Shown: positions 17,771 through 28,297 of the stretch, piece after piece
Position numbering within the stretch: the stretch's first letter is position 1
Layout: every line of letters begins with the position of its first letter
The notes under the pieces: model-generated
What the model saw: only the letters and a program-made list of their open reading frames with translations
Told to the model about the DNA's origin: nothing
The model's database searches: none
Position numbers and translations under genes: made by a program
IMG/VR virus record: IMGVR_UViG_3300043642_000037
Location: 1-64,000 of that record
Reading direction: 5' to 3' (one strand)
DNA length: 64,000 bases
Source: a virus
Taxonomy: Duplodnaviria; Caudoviricetes

Positions 17771-17834
17771 CTCAGCCGGACAGAGCGGCGCTTTCCTAAA
17801 GCGCAGGTCGCAGGTTCGACTCCTGCATCGATCA
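17761..17834 (+). tRNA. tRNA-Arg(CCU)
   Basis: Full cloverleaf: GATCGAT/ATCGATC, GCTC/GAGC, GCGCT-TTCCTAA-AGCGC, GCAGG-TTCGACT-CCTGC; no encoded CCA. Confidence 0.9.
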
Positions 17835-17845
17835 CGGAGGCATTG

Positions 17846-18220
17846 ATGGCGAACAAGCTGAAGGCACAGAACCAGGAGATCCGGGCCGAGATCGCGAGGA
17901 AGATCGCGGAGGACCTCAGGCGGAAGAATCCCGGCTGGTCGCCGCAGAAGATCAACGACGCGGCTTTCAAGGCCGCGGATCTGCAGATCAAGCAAGGCTA
18001 TGCGAAGCCACCCAAGCCGTTGGCGGCGACCCCCGAGCCCAAGGAGGCGGAGGCGCGGGACGCGCTTGCACGAAAATGGGCCAAGGCGCTGGCACGGCAG
18101 AATCCGAGCTGGTCCGAGCAACGCGTTGGAACGGCTGCCTACAGGGCCGCAGACGATCAAATGCGACGAGATGCAGGCGAGGTCACGGAGGTCGACGCCT
18201 CACACGGTTCGCGACGTTGA
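17846..18220 (+). CDS. Protein with an internal duplication (RKIA..L.RKNPGWS / RKWA..L.RQNPSWS)
   Basis: GGAGG RBS; two similar helical repeats. Confidence 0.6.
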   Translation: MANKLKAQNQEIRAEIARKIAEDLRRKNPGWSPQKINDAAFKAADLQIKQGYAKPPKPLAATPEPKEAEARDALARKWAKALARQNPSWSEQRVGTAAYRAADDQMRRDAGEVTEVDASHGSRR

Positions 18221-19066
18221 GCACCGTCGACGTGGTCGTGATGGACGTGTTCGACTCGACGTCGAAGCTCTGCGCGGATCTCGCGAGGGCGCTGTGCTCG
18301 CGCGGCTACAACGTCAATCACCTGCGCGAGGCGTCGGCCAAGAAGGCGACGCGCTACCTGGTTCGATGACTCGCCCGACGGACGCAGTAGCGGTCACGAG
18401 GACCAGAAGGCCGCCTCGACCGCCGCCTCGACCGCGACCACGTCCAGCTGGGGTTGCACACGCGGACGACGGATGCGCACGGTGATCGCCTCCGGGTCTG
18501 AGCGCGCGTCTTGCGCGGGGTCGAGCGGGGCCCGCAGATTTTTCGCGCTCTGTCGACCTACAAGTCCCTGTATCAACGAAATTAGGCGCATGGCATTGAA
18601 CAACAGCAATAACGAGACCAAGAGGACGGCCGCGTTCGAGATCGGCGACAAGGTCGAGCACACGAACTCGCATCGAATCGGCGCGGTCCAGGAGGTCCGT
18701 CCCTGGCGTGACGGCACGCTCGAGCTGCGCGTGCACGTCGAGGCGCTCGACGTCTGGTGGAATTCTCAGCACGTCAGGAACCTGACTGAGGAAAACGTTA
18801 TGAAGATGCTAGAGGTCACGATCACAATCAAGCTGAAGGTCCGGGACACCGACGATAAGCTCAGCGATTGCCTGGCTGCCATGGACGCGGCGAAGGACCT
18901 TCTGGCCGAGACGCCGGGGCACGTGCTGCTCCGCGCCCGCCAAGGTCAGTTCGGCGGGACGCTGGTGTCGATAACGCGGTTGCGGCGGATGCGGTGGGGC
19001 GGGATCATGGACGCCGGCGAGTCCTCGCCGCCGCTCGCGGTCGACGCGTCCGTCGAGGAGTAGTCG

Positions 19067-19816
19067 ATGCCTCGCGAGACACCGAAGCTTGTCCTGACGT
19101 CGGCGAAGGCCGCCGCGACCACGTACTCGTTTCAGACGACCGGGGATGGGTTCAGGTCCTGGGCCCTGTGCACGGTCAACGACCAGACGGGTGAGCTGCT
19201 CATCACGAGCGACTGGGGCAGCTGGTCGCATCGCTGGCACGCCTCTCCTGAGGCGCTCGGCGCGCCGACGCTGACCGCGTTCATCGGCGGTCGCGGGGAC
19301 ATCGACTACCTCGCGCGCAAGCTCCAGAAGGAGGGCCGCGCGGGCGTGTGCTTCTCCGCGCTGAAGACGGCGCGGGAGCTGAACCGCCTGCTCTGCGCCC
19401 GGCGGCTCGAGGATGGTCGCGAGCAGCTGGAGAACCGGCGCGAGCCGGAGGACTGGGGGCGCCAGCGGGACCGCTACACGGAGGCCGGGCTTCCCCTGTT
19501 CAGTCATCGCACGGTACCGACACCGAGCTGGAAGGATCCGACGCGGACCGAGCGGCTTCGGTACCTGACCGCGGAGAAGGCCCGCGAGCTGTGGGACGCG
19601 ATCGAGTCTCTGGGCGACGAGTGCGATCGCAGCTCGGACCTGTTCTGGGAGCGTCTGCCCTCGATCTCCGGGTTCACCGACTACGTCACCGACGATCCCT
19701 GGGGGCACGGGCAGACCGAGCAGACCTTCGAGGACAAGGCGCTGCGCGACATCGTGCTGCCTGCGCTGATCGCGGCGTGCAAGACGGTAGCGGCGGCGCG
19801 CGAGGAGGCCCCGTGA
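19067..19816 (+). CDS. Conserved phage hypothetical protein
   Basis: GELLITSDWGSWSHRW...DYLARKL pattern; GAGGAG RBS. Confidence 0.6.
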   Translation: MPRETPKLVLTSAKAAATTYSFQTTGDGFRSWALCTVNDQTGELLITSDWGSWSHRWHASPEALGAPTLTAFIGGRGDIDYLARKLQKEGRAGVCFSALKTARELNRLLCARRLEDGREQLENRREPEDWGRQRDRYTEAGLPLFSHRTVPTPSWKDPTRTERLRYLTAEKARELWDAIESLGDECDRSSDLFWERLPSISGFTDYVTDDPWGHGQTEQTFEDKALRDIVLPALIAACKTVAAAREEAP

Positions 19817-20250
19817 GCGACACGTACTACTACTACTACTACTACTACTTCGAGTGCCTGAACTGCGACTGCGGGCGCGACGTCGTTCTCGACATCCGGG
19901 TCAAGGATGGCGGGAAGGCGTTCATCGCCTTCGACTGTCCGGTCTGCCGCAAGCCCATGGACTTTCGCGGGCGGGACGCCGCTGACGCCGACGGCTACCC
20001 GGTCCGCGTGCAGCCTGAGCTGGTCCGCGAGATGATCAAGCTCGTGTGGATGCAGGTCGGCAGGATGAAGAACCCGTGGACCAACGTCGCGATGTCCGCC
20101 GACGACGATGCGGCAATCCAGCGCGCGCTGACTTGGTATTCGATGCAGATCGAGCTGGGTCGCGCGATGTTTGCGGTCGTCTGCGGCGGAGAGACCGCGA
20201 CCGAGAAGCTCCTGCGACGGGGCCTCGATTTCCTGCGGGGGCGACCGTGA
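19813..20250 (+). CDS. Zinc-ribbon protein with a poly-Tyr tract
   Basis: (TAC)8 at 19825..19848; CLNC...CPVC. Confidence 0.6.
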   Translation: MSDTYYYYYYYYFECLNCDCGRDVVLDIRVKDGGKAFIAFDCPVCRKPMDFRGRDAADADGYPVRVQPELVREMIKLVWMQVGRMKNPWTNVAMSADDDAAIQRALTWYSMQIELGRAMFAVVCGGETATEKLLRRGLDFLRGRP

Positions 20251-23200
20251 CGATCTACGACCGAACCGGCGACGTCGTCACCATCAACCGCCTGGCCACG
20301 ATCGAGGACGTCGAGAAGCTCGAGGGCCGAGACTTAGACGCGCGGGATCTTGAGGCCCTCGAGAACGGGTCCTACGTCGTCGTGATGCAGGACGACGGGT
20401 CCGAGCGCCTGTATCACCAGGCGTTCTTGCGGGCTACGAACGGGTCGGTGGAGATCGGCCAGGTGATCGACGCCATGATCGCGGCCCAGGACGCGGTCAT
20501 GAAGGCTACGGCGTCAGCACCCGCTCGGTTTCCGCCGACGCACGTCATCGACCAGGCCGGTCAGCCGTACGGGTCGGAGCGCCGCTGCTGCAACCGTTGC
20601 GGGCAGATGTTGGTGCCGGGCATGATCGTCGTCGACTCGGTTGCGGCGTGGTCGGATCTGCCGCCGGAGCGGCGATGCGACAGAAAGGAAGCTCGATGAA
20701 GGCCTACGAAGAGTTCCACTCGACCCGAGAGGAGCACGGCCTCCTCGAGCGCGAGCTGGTGATGCAGACCGTCCGCGCGTGCAAGACGATGACCTACCGC
20801 GACGACGTGCTCGAGTCGCAGATGCGCCTGTTGCTGACGAAGGAAGGCAGCGGATGAACGGGTACCTTGCGTGCGACTACTGCGGCAAGGAGATCGACGA
20901 CACGCCCGAGGACAACGTTTGGCACGGCGTGACTCCGTACCCCGGCGATCCGGACCACACGGGGCTGTGCCTCGCGTGCGGCGGGGACCCGGAGGCCCGT
21001 GCGATCCGCAAACGCATGGGTTGGGCGTTGACCGCGTTCGTCGACGCCCGCATCCCGATCATCCGGAACGCGCTCAAGCCCGCGAATCTGGCGAGCTTCG
21101 AGAAGATGACCTACGAGGAGAAGGCCAACGTGGTGACGCGGATGGTCGTCCGCGGTGTGATCGTGTGACCGTGGTGTCCCCTCAGGACGCGCAAGGGCTG
21201 GCCTGGCGCGCAGGCGAAGTGATACGCTGCTTATCTCATAAGCGGAGGACACCCATGGGACACGACATACGCTCGACCCCGGAGGCGTTGGCGCAGGTCC
21301 GCGCCGTCATAGCGACAGTGGAGGACAAGAGCGAGACCGTGCGGCACGGTCGAGCGGTCCGGAAGTACCGGGAGGAGCGCGAGTTCGCTGGCGCCGAGGA
21401 CCCGCCGTGGTGGGTCGACCTCGGTGGCGAGGGCGAGCCATGCTAGCCCAGGCCGTCGCGTCGGTGGCGGGGACTCGTCGATGAGCCTCGGAGCCATCAC
21501 GCCGCCGGGCATCGGATTCGGGGCTGGCTGGAAGAACTCGCGCGCCAAGGCTCGTCGCCGAGCCGCCATCGCCCGATGGGCCATGGCGCAGCAGGCGATC
21601 GGAGACGCGGAGGTTACCGCGCAGATGGTGACGTCCTATCAGATTCGCGCTCTGTGGCGCCTCTGCATGGACGGTTCTCCGCTCGCGGAGGACTGCGCGG
21701 TCGCTCTTGGCGAGCTTGTTCTCGCCGACGGAGATCTCGACGACAACAAGGCTATGGCGATCGACAGGATCGTCGACGCCATCAACACGCGGGTCCGATC
21801 TCGCGCCAAGGAGACCTGACATGCAAGCCCTCATCGTGATCGTTCTGTGCGCGGCCGCCGGGGTCATCTACGTCATTTATTGTGTCCGAAAGGACCGTCG
21901 CGTCGAACGAGAGCTTCAGGTCGTTGTGACGACGCTGTCTCCGGGACCGAAGGTCCGCGAGATGACGACTATGAGGCCTAACCCGATGCGGTCTCGCAGC
22001 CTGGCTAGTGGATCGCAACCGACGTTCACGCCGGCCGAGGTGGACTCGGCCGTCCTGGGGCGCGCGGACACGGAGCTGCACCACGCGACCCCAGCCTGCG
22101 CCGGGGCCCCGTCGCACGATACGTTCAGTGGCGGGCATCATGATGCCTGCTCGACGCACGACTCGTCGTACGGCGAGGGGTTCGACGGAGGCGGTCACCG
22201 CGGGGGCTGACCCGGATGGCGACAGCTCCTTGGTATAAGCAATCGAAGGAGAGCGTCATGAAGGACGACGTTACGCGTCGCGTCGCCGGCCCCGCGGTCG
22301 CTGCGTTCGACGCGCAAGTTGAGGCCGAGGAGGCCGGTGTCTTGTTCACGCCCGATCAGTGGTCTTTCGCGCGCAGGACCCGCCTGGATAGGTTGCCGAC
22401 GCCGCGGGCGCGCGGGTCGGTGCCGCCGCCGACGACGACAGCGCCCGCGACGTCGGAGCGCGTCACGCAGGAGATGGCGGCGGAGGATCTGGAGAGCCTG
22501 GTCCGGCGCTGCAGGAGAAGCCTGGCGCACACCTGCCCTGCCAGGCCAAAATAGCGCATGTTTCCTCGTTCGCGCGTCGGCCGAAAGCCGGATGACTCTA
22601 CGCGCGATGATCGACGGCCAAGGGCGGACGTTGCGGGCAGGACGCCCTCCGTTGAGCGACGAGGTCTTTTTTCCCGACTCAAGGAAAGCGAGACGGCATG
22701 GCGATAGCGAAGACGGACGGCGTCAATCTCGGACAGGCTCAGGCGATCGCCGGGACCGAAGAGCCAGATCCACGACGACAAGGACCACGCCTCCGGCGAC
22801 TTGGTGATCAAACGCTGGTTCGCGGAGAAGGAGGGCTTAATATGATGCGACTAATACTCATACGATTCGGGATTGTACTAACGATATCATTGCTGACGTT
22901 TATGATTCTACATTTGCTTTCCTATTCAAATTTAGACGATGAACAGAGGGGGTTAATCGCTGGCATGGTCGCCGGTATTCTTACCGGAGCCGTTTCGACT
23001 CACATGAAATAGACAATGAAGGAGGGATATACGGTGGAGAACGAGGAGTATGTGCCCACGCTGGCGGAGTGGGATGAGCTGGTCCTGCTCTGGAATCGAT
23101 CCCGGACGATGTTCTCGAGCACTCTCGCCATCGGCGTCGTGCCGAGGGCCGCGTGGGTGACGAAGAACTTCGTCGAGGCGCACCCCGGTCGGGCGCCGCA

Positions 23201-24081
23201 CCGGGCCGTGTACGCCTGGTTGACGAAGAACCTCGAGGTCGCGCGAGGGTCATCTCCCGCGTCCGGTCTCAAGGCGACCGTCTGGCACGACGAGCCGACC
23301 GCGGTCCACAAGCGAGCCTCGAAAGGAACCCCGCATGAGCACATCACGACGTCCGCTGGCCCCGACGCCCCTGAGGCACTGGCCGCCTGTCCGCGCGTCC
23401 ATCGACAAGGATGACGTGACGGTCATCTTCACGACCGGCGAGCCCGACGGCCTGGACGGAGCCATGGCGACGTGCGCTAGCGCGGCCGAGGCGTCGGCTC
23501 TCGCGCAGTTCGTCAATAGGCAGAGCTGCGTCCCGGTGACGCCGACGCCCACGCCTGATCAACGGCGAACGAGTCGCGGATGAGCCCCGCCGCGCAGGAC
23601 GTCGCGGCCGTCGCGATGGTCATCTACGGGCTGATCGTGCTGTGGGTGGCGTTCCGACCCAAAAAATAAGTGTAGGGTTTCGGGTTGGTTCGCCGCCTTA
23701 CCGGTGCCGGCGGCCCTATATTTTGGAGGTGACGACCATTACGTGCCCCAGCCCCAAATGCCCGATGTGCCAGCGCGAAAGGTGCCTGGCGTGCGATCAA
23801 CTCGACGACCGACCCCTGCCAGGATGCGCGCACGACCGTCTCGAGCGTCACGAGAAACCGCATCTCGCCGTGGACCGATCCCACACGGTCCGATTGGACG
23901 AGGGGAGCGAGTTCCTGGAAAGCGCGCGGGGTGGCCGGACGCCGACCAAGCCCATGCTGCGCCTGACGGGCGGCTCGATCGACGCGGACTTCGCCGACGC
24001 CGACGCGGCGGCTGAGTTCCTTGAGATGGTCGCGCGCGTCCTGCGCGAGAAGAAGAAACTTCGAATCATCATCGAATAGTA

Positions 24082-24675
24082 ATGCGCTACTACCTGGACA
24101 CTGAGTTCGACGAGGACAAGGATCACCTTGTCCTGTTGAGCTTTGCGCTGCGCGCCGCCGACGGGCGCGAGCTGTACCTGGTCTCGACGGACTTCAGCAC
24201 TGCGACATGCACCCCGTGGGTGCAGGCCAACGTGCTTCCGCATCTGCACGCGCTCGCCTCAAAGGGCGACCTGCAAGCTGCGTACCTCATGTCCAAGGAC
24301 CGGTTCGCCGAGCAGATCGAGCTGTTCCTCTGCAACGACGGGAGCCCCGAGTTCTGGGGCTACTACTGCGCCTACGACTGGTTCCTGTTCTGCCGGCTGT
24401 GGGGTGGCATACTTCGAATGCCCAACCGCTTCCCGAAGGTCTGCTACGACCTCGAGCAGCTCGCTGGCGTCCTGCTGCCAGGCGTGAGCTACAAGAGCGA
24501 CAACCCGCCGGAGCAGCCGGAGCACAACGCGCTGGCCGACGCCCGCTGGAATGACCAGCTGTTTCGGTGGATCCTGGAGAAGGCAGATGCGCAGGCTGAG
24601 CGCGACGGTCATCAAAGCCCCGAGCTGCGGCGCGGGGTCGACTCGTTTATATCAAACGCGAGGTTCACCAAATGA
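24082..24675 (+). CDS. DEDDh 3'-5' exonuclease (Rv2179c/RNase AS-like)
   Basis: YYLDTEF, WGYYCAYDW, HNALADARW. Confidence 0.85.
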   Translation: MRYYLDTEFDEDKDHLVLLSFALRAADGRELYLVSTDFSTATCTPWVQANVLPHLHALASKGDLQAAYLMSKDRFAEQIELFLCNDGSPEFWGYYCAYDWFLFCRLWGGILRMPNRFPKVCYDLEQLAGVLLPGVSYKSDNPPEQPEHNALADARWNDQLFRWILEKADAQAERDGHQSPELRRGVDSFISNARFTK

Positions 24676-25180
24676 GCGACATCGACAGGCTGCAGGACGC
24701 GGTGATGGTCGCCGTCGCGAAGGCGGCCGCGCATGGGGGCACCGCCCTGGGCCTCGGCGACGCGATCGACTCGATCCCCAGCGCGCTGATCGGGCTGCGC
24801 CACGCCGCGCGGCTCGACTTCGTGGATCGGTACGCCACGGCCAGCAAGGCGCTCCACGGGAACTGGACCAGACGGGTCGGGACGCCGGGCTACGCGAAGC
24901 CGCTGTGGATGGCGATCGACAACGCGATGACCGCGTTCGCTCGGGAGGTCTCCATCAGCGTCGGCTTCGAGGGATCGTGGGTCCCCGTAGAGCGCCCCGC
25001 GCGCCCGGCGCGGGTCGGGGACTATTACAGGTTCACCTACCTGAACGAGCCGCAGTTTGACAGGGTGCTCCGCGTCGAGCGGACGCTTGGGGATGGCCCG
25101 GAGGGCCTGGTGTTCTTCGAGGACCACAGCCTCGGCAAGCAGAAGAACCTGGGCAAGCCGGGCGCGGAGAGGGTGCCCGT

Positions 25181-25567
25181 GTGATCACGGCCGACCAGCT
25201 GCTCCTTCACATCGTCGGCGACTACGTCATCCAAAGTGATTGGATGGCCACCGAGAAGACCAAGCGCAGCCTCGCCGCTCTCGCGCACGTCGTCTCCTAC
25301 GCGCTGCCGTTCCTCCTGCTCACGCGATCGATCGCCGCGCTGGCGGTGATCGCCGGCACCCACTTCGTCATCGATCGGTGGCGGCTCGCGCGGTACGTGT
25401 GCTGGGCGAAGAACCGCGTCTGGCCCGGCTGGCGACCGTGGTCCGAGTGCGTCGGGACTGGGTACCCGGCGGATCGGCCGCCCTGGCTCACGACGTGGCT
25501 GATGATCGTCGTCGACAACACGATGCACGTGGTCATCAACGGCGCGGCGCTGAAGTGGCTGGCGTAG
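25181..25567 (+). CDS. DUF3307-family membrane protein
   Basis: HIVGDYVIQSDWMA..K, H...Y, THF.ID, DN.MH. Confidence 0.8.
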   Translation: MITADQLLLHIVGDYVIQSDWMATEKTKRSLAALAHVVSYALPFLLLTRSIAALAVIAGTHFVIDRWRLARYVCWAKNRVWPGWRPWSECVGTGYPADRPPWLTTWLMIVVDNTMHVVINGAALKWLA

Positions 25568-25756
25568 CCCCGGCGCACGACGTGCCCGCGGCGGGGACCC
25601 TCGTGCAGATATCGTACTGCGCCCGGTGCGGCGCCGCGTACTTCGACCGCGGGCCGTGCGTTCCCGACGGTCAGGAGAAGATCCGGCGTCGCGCTCCGCC
25701 GTTGCCGAGCCGACGATAGGGATGGACTTGCCGCGCGCGGTGCGTATCTTGTCCTC

Positions 25757-26086
25757 ATGGGCCTGCCTGTCAACCACGCGCTCCGAGGCGTCGCCGAGCC
25801 GACGCTCGACGAGGTCATGCGCCTGGTCGAGTTGGCGGACACCGGCGGGCACTGGTACTGGCTCGGTGATGTCGCCAGGGATGGTCTCGACCCGGTCCCG
25901 GTGATCAAGCGGGACGGTAGCCAGTGGGTCGTCGTCCGGCTCCTGGTCCCCGCGACTGGACGGGTTCGCCGCGTGAACCGCTGCGGGCTCCGCACGTGCG
26001 TCAACCCGGACCACTGGGCCGTGGTTCACGTCGAGGACGGGGTGACGCTGACCGACTTTGACGGCGCCGGCTGGCGTCGAGCGTGA
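25757..26086 (+). CDS. Degenerate HNH-like protein (paralog of the 6013 N-terminal domain)
   Basis: HWYWLG...NRCGLRTCVNPDHW. Confidence 0.6.
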   Translation: MGLPVNHALRGVAEPTLDEVMRLVELADTGGHWYWLGDVARDGLDPVPVIKRDGSQWVVVRLLVPATGRVRRVNRCGLRTCVNPDHWAVVHVEDGVTLTDFDGAGWRRA

Positions 26087-26557
26087 GTTCGGCTAACGCG
26101 ATAGTTCGACCATCGGACGCGGTTTGTCGTCGGCGCATGGGTGCCTCAATTCGCTGCACGTAGGATCGCGCGAGCTGGTCCATCGTGTATATGGTGAGTT
26201 GTCCCGTCTCGATCGAGCGATGCGAGCCGGAGCGTGGAGGTGCGCGCGCGGCGTCGGCGGGTTGGCGTGGCGCCAGGGTCGGGTTCCTCCTCGCTCGAGA
26301 GACGCCTCCGAAAGGAACGACCCAATGAGCCTTCCCGAGAGCTTCATCCGACCGCCGACGCACGAGGAGACCGCCGCTGACGTCGCGGACGCCGCGGCCG
26401 TCGAGAGCCCATCTCCGGCGCCCGCGGCGCGGCTGGTCGCGCGGATGTTCTGGTGGCTGGCGCACCACGCCGTGGCTCGACCGCTCGCCCTGGTGTTTCC
26501 GGTCCGCCACATGTTCCGGTTCTCGGCGTGGACGCTCGGCCGGCGTAATATGTAGGC

Positions 26558-26824
26558 ATGAACCACGGAAGCCGACGGGGGCTGATCGGCCTCCCCGAGG
26601 GCGCCAGGCGCCCCTCTACGCCGATCGAGCGCCTGACCTTCAGGCGGGACGGAATCACGCACCGGGCCGCCAAGCAGCGCGGCGCCGGCTGCATCGGCGG
26701 AATCGACAACTGGTGGCTGGAGTCGTGCTGCGGCATCCAGGTCGTCATGACGTCGATGGCCTCGCCGACGGGGCTCGTCGACTGTATGACGTGCCTCGTG
26801 CTGTCCGACTTTCTGATCGACTAA
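26558..26824 (+). CDS. VDCMTC-family protein
   Basis: DGITH...SCCG...LVDCMTCLV. Confidence 0.8.
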   Translation: MNHGSRRGLIGLPEGARRPSTPIERLTFRRDGITHRAAKQRGAGCIGGIDNWWLESCCGIQVVMTSMASPTGLVDCMTCLVLSDFLID

Positions 26825-26839
26825 ACAAGGAGATTCGAT

Positions 26840-27103
26840 GTGATGGACGTCGACTGCCTGTGCTGCATCCCCGCCTCCGCGCCCGCGCGCGTTCGCGAGG
26901 ACGGCTCGTGGAGGGACGCCGCCGGCGTGGTTCACGCGGTGAACGCGACGGGGGTCGAGCCCGACATCGACTTCGGTCGCGAGACTGCCTGTGGCTCCGC
27001 TTCGTGGGATCCGGACAGCCCGCGTGACTATCCGGCCTCGACTGACGAGGACGTCGACTGCATGACGTGCATCGTCAGGCTGGCGAGGCCATGCCGAGCG
27101 TAG
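26840..27103 (+). CDS. VDCMTC-family protein with the motif at both ends
   Basis: DVDCLCCIP...GVVH...TACG...DVDCMTCIV; AGGAG RBS. Confidence 0.8.
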   Translation: MMDVDCLCCIPASAPARVREDGSWRDAAGVVHAVNATGVEPDIDFGRETACGSASWDPDSPRDYPASTDEDVDCMTCIVRLARPCRA

Positions 27104-27339
27104 CGGAGGTTCTGCTGCGCGCGATGACGATATCCGACGACGAGCAGCGCAGGTCATTCCTGGTGGACAACCCGGTCATCGTGCGTCGGCATGGAATGGT
27201 CCATCGGGTCGCCGGGTACGAGCGTAGGTCGGCCACCTGGATGACGTTCTGCGGAGTCTCGTACGAGGGCAACGCGTACGAGGACGACGTCGGCGAGGGT
27301 GAGATCGACTGCATGACGTGCCTGGTGGCGCGGCGATGA
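27091..27339 (+). CDS. VDCMTC-family protein
   Basis: GMVH...TFCG...EIDCMTCLV. Confidence 0.8.
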   Translation: MPSVAEVLLRAMTISDDEQRRSFLVDNPVIVRRHGMVHRVAGYERRSATWMTFCGVSYEGNAYEDDVGEGEIDCMTCLVARR

Positions 27340-27599
27340 ACGCTGACGACGCCTGGGCGCTCGGTCGACTCGTCGAGTTCCCGGAGCTGGAGGAGTGCAC
27401 CTCTGTGCGCGTGACGATCGATGGGATCACGCATCGCGCGCTGAGCGAGGACGCCACCGGATGGCGGACCCTCTGCCGGTCGCACCGCTTGGCTGTCTTC
27501 GGCGGCCGCGCGTACGCCATCATCGGTGTGCCGCTGCACACCTACGACTTCTCTGCAGCCGACGTCGACTGCCTGTGCTGCATCCCCGCAGGGGGATGA
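27336..27599 (+). CDS. VDCMTC-family protein
   Basis: DGITH...TLC...DVDCLCCIP; ATGA overlaps. Confidence 0.8.
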   Translation: MNADDAWALGRLVEFPELEECTSVRVTIDGITHRALSEDATGWRTLCRSHRLAVFGGRAYAIIGVPLHTYDFSAADVDCLCCIPAGG

Positions 27600-28297
27600 C
27601 CTATCATTTCGTGGTGAACCCCCTGTCTTTTTTGGCCATCCTGGAGCACGTGGAAGCCGCCGCGCCGCGCCGCCCGTGGACCACGTCGGTCAAGACCGCG
27701 GAAATCAAGACGGGTCCCCGGACGTTCTTCGTACACGTCCGGGTCCCCGATAACGTCGCGGGTCGCCTTCGCGAGGTACAGAGGCAGGTCATCCCGGACG
27801 CCGCGCGTCACCAGGAGATCGACCACGTCACGCTGGTACACGTGCCCAAGCCCCGTGAGGACGAGCACCGTCCGGATCGGGTGAACGAGGCGATCGACGC
27901 GCTCCGGGCCGTCGGCGCCGACCACGAGCCGATTCGCGCGCGGATCCAGGGCTGGGGCTACTTCGACGGCGCCGAGAAGGATGGCAAGGGCACGACCGCG
28001 CTCGTGGCGCTGCTGGACGCGCCCGGGCTGGAGCACCTGCACGTGGGTATGTCGAACGCGCTCAAGGAGCACGGCATCAAGCCGAGCGAGGCCCACGTGT
28101 TCACGCCACACATCACGCTGGGGTACCTCGAGCAGCACGGTCGGGCCGATCGACCGCTGCCGCCGCTGTCGGGCAGCTTCACGATTGACAGGGTGCACGT
28201 CGCTACGCGCGGGCACCACGAGGTCCCGTTGACGGGCGGGGCGGGTCTCGCGAAGGCCGCTGCGCTTCATGTGCTGAACATGAAAGGAGTTGCGTAA
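27596..28297 (+). CDS. 2H phosphoesterase (2'-5' RNA ligase/Acb1-like fold)
   Basis: Two HxT motifs, HVTL and PHITLGY. Confidence 0.8.
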   Translation: MTYHFVVNPLSFLAILEHVEAAAPRRPWTTSVKTAEIKTGPRTFFVHVRVPDNVAGRLREVQRQVIPDAARHQEIDHVTLVHVPKPREDEHRPDRVNEAIDALRAVGADHEPIRARIQGWGYFDGAEKDGKGTTALVALLDAPGLEHLHVGMSNALKEHGIKPSEAHVFTPHITLGYLEQHGRADRPLPPLSGSFTIDRVHVATRGHHEVPLTGGAGLAKAAALHVLNMKGVA

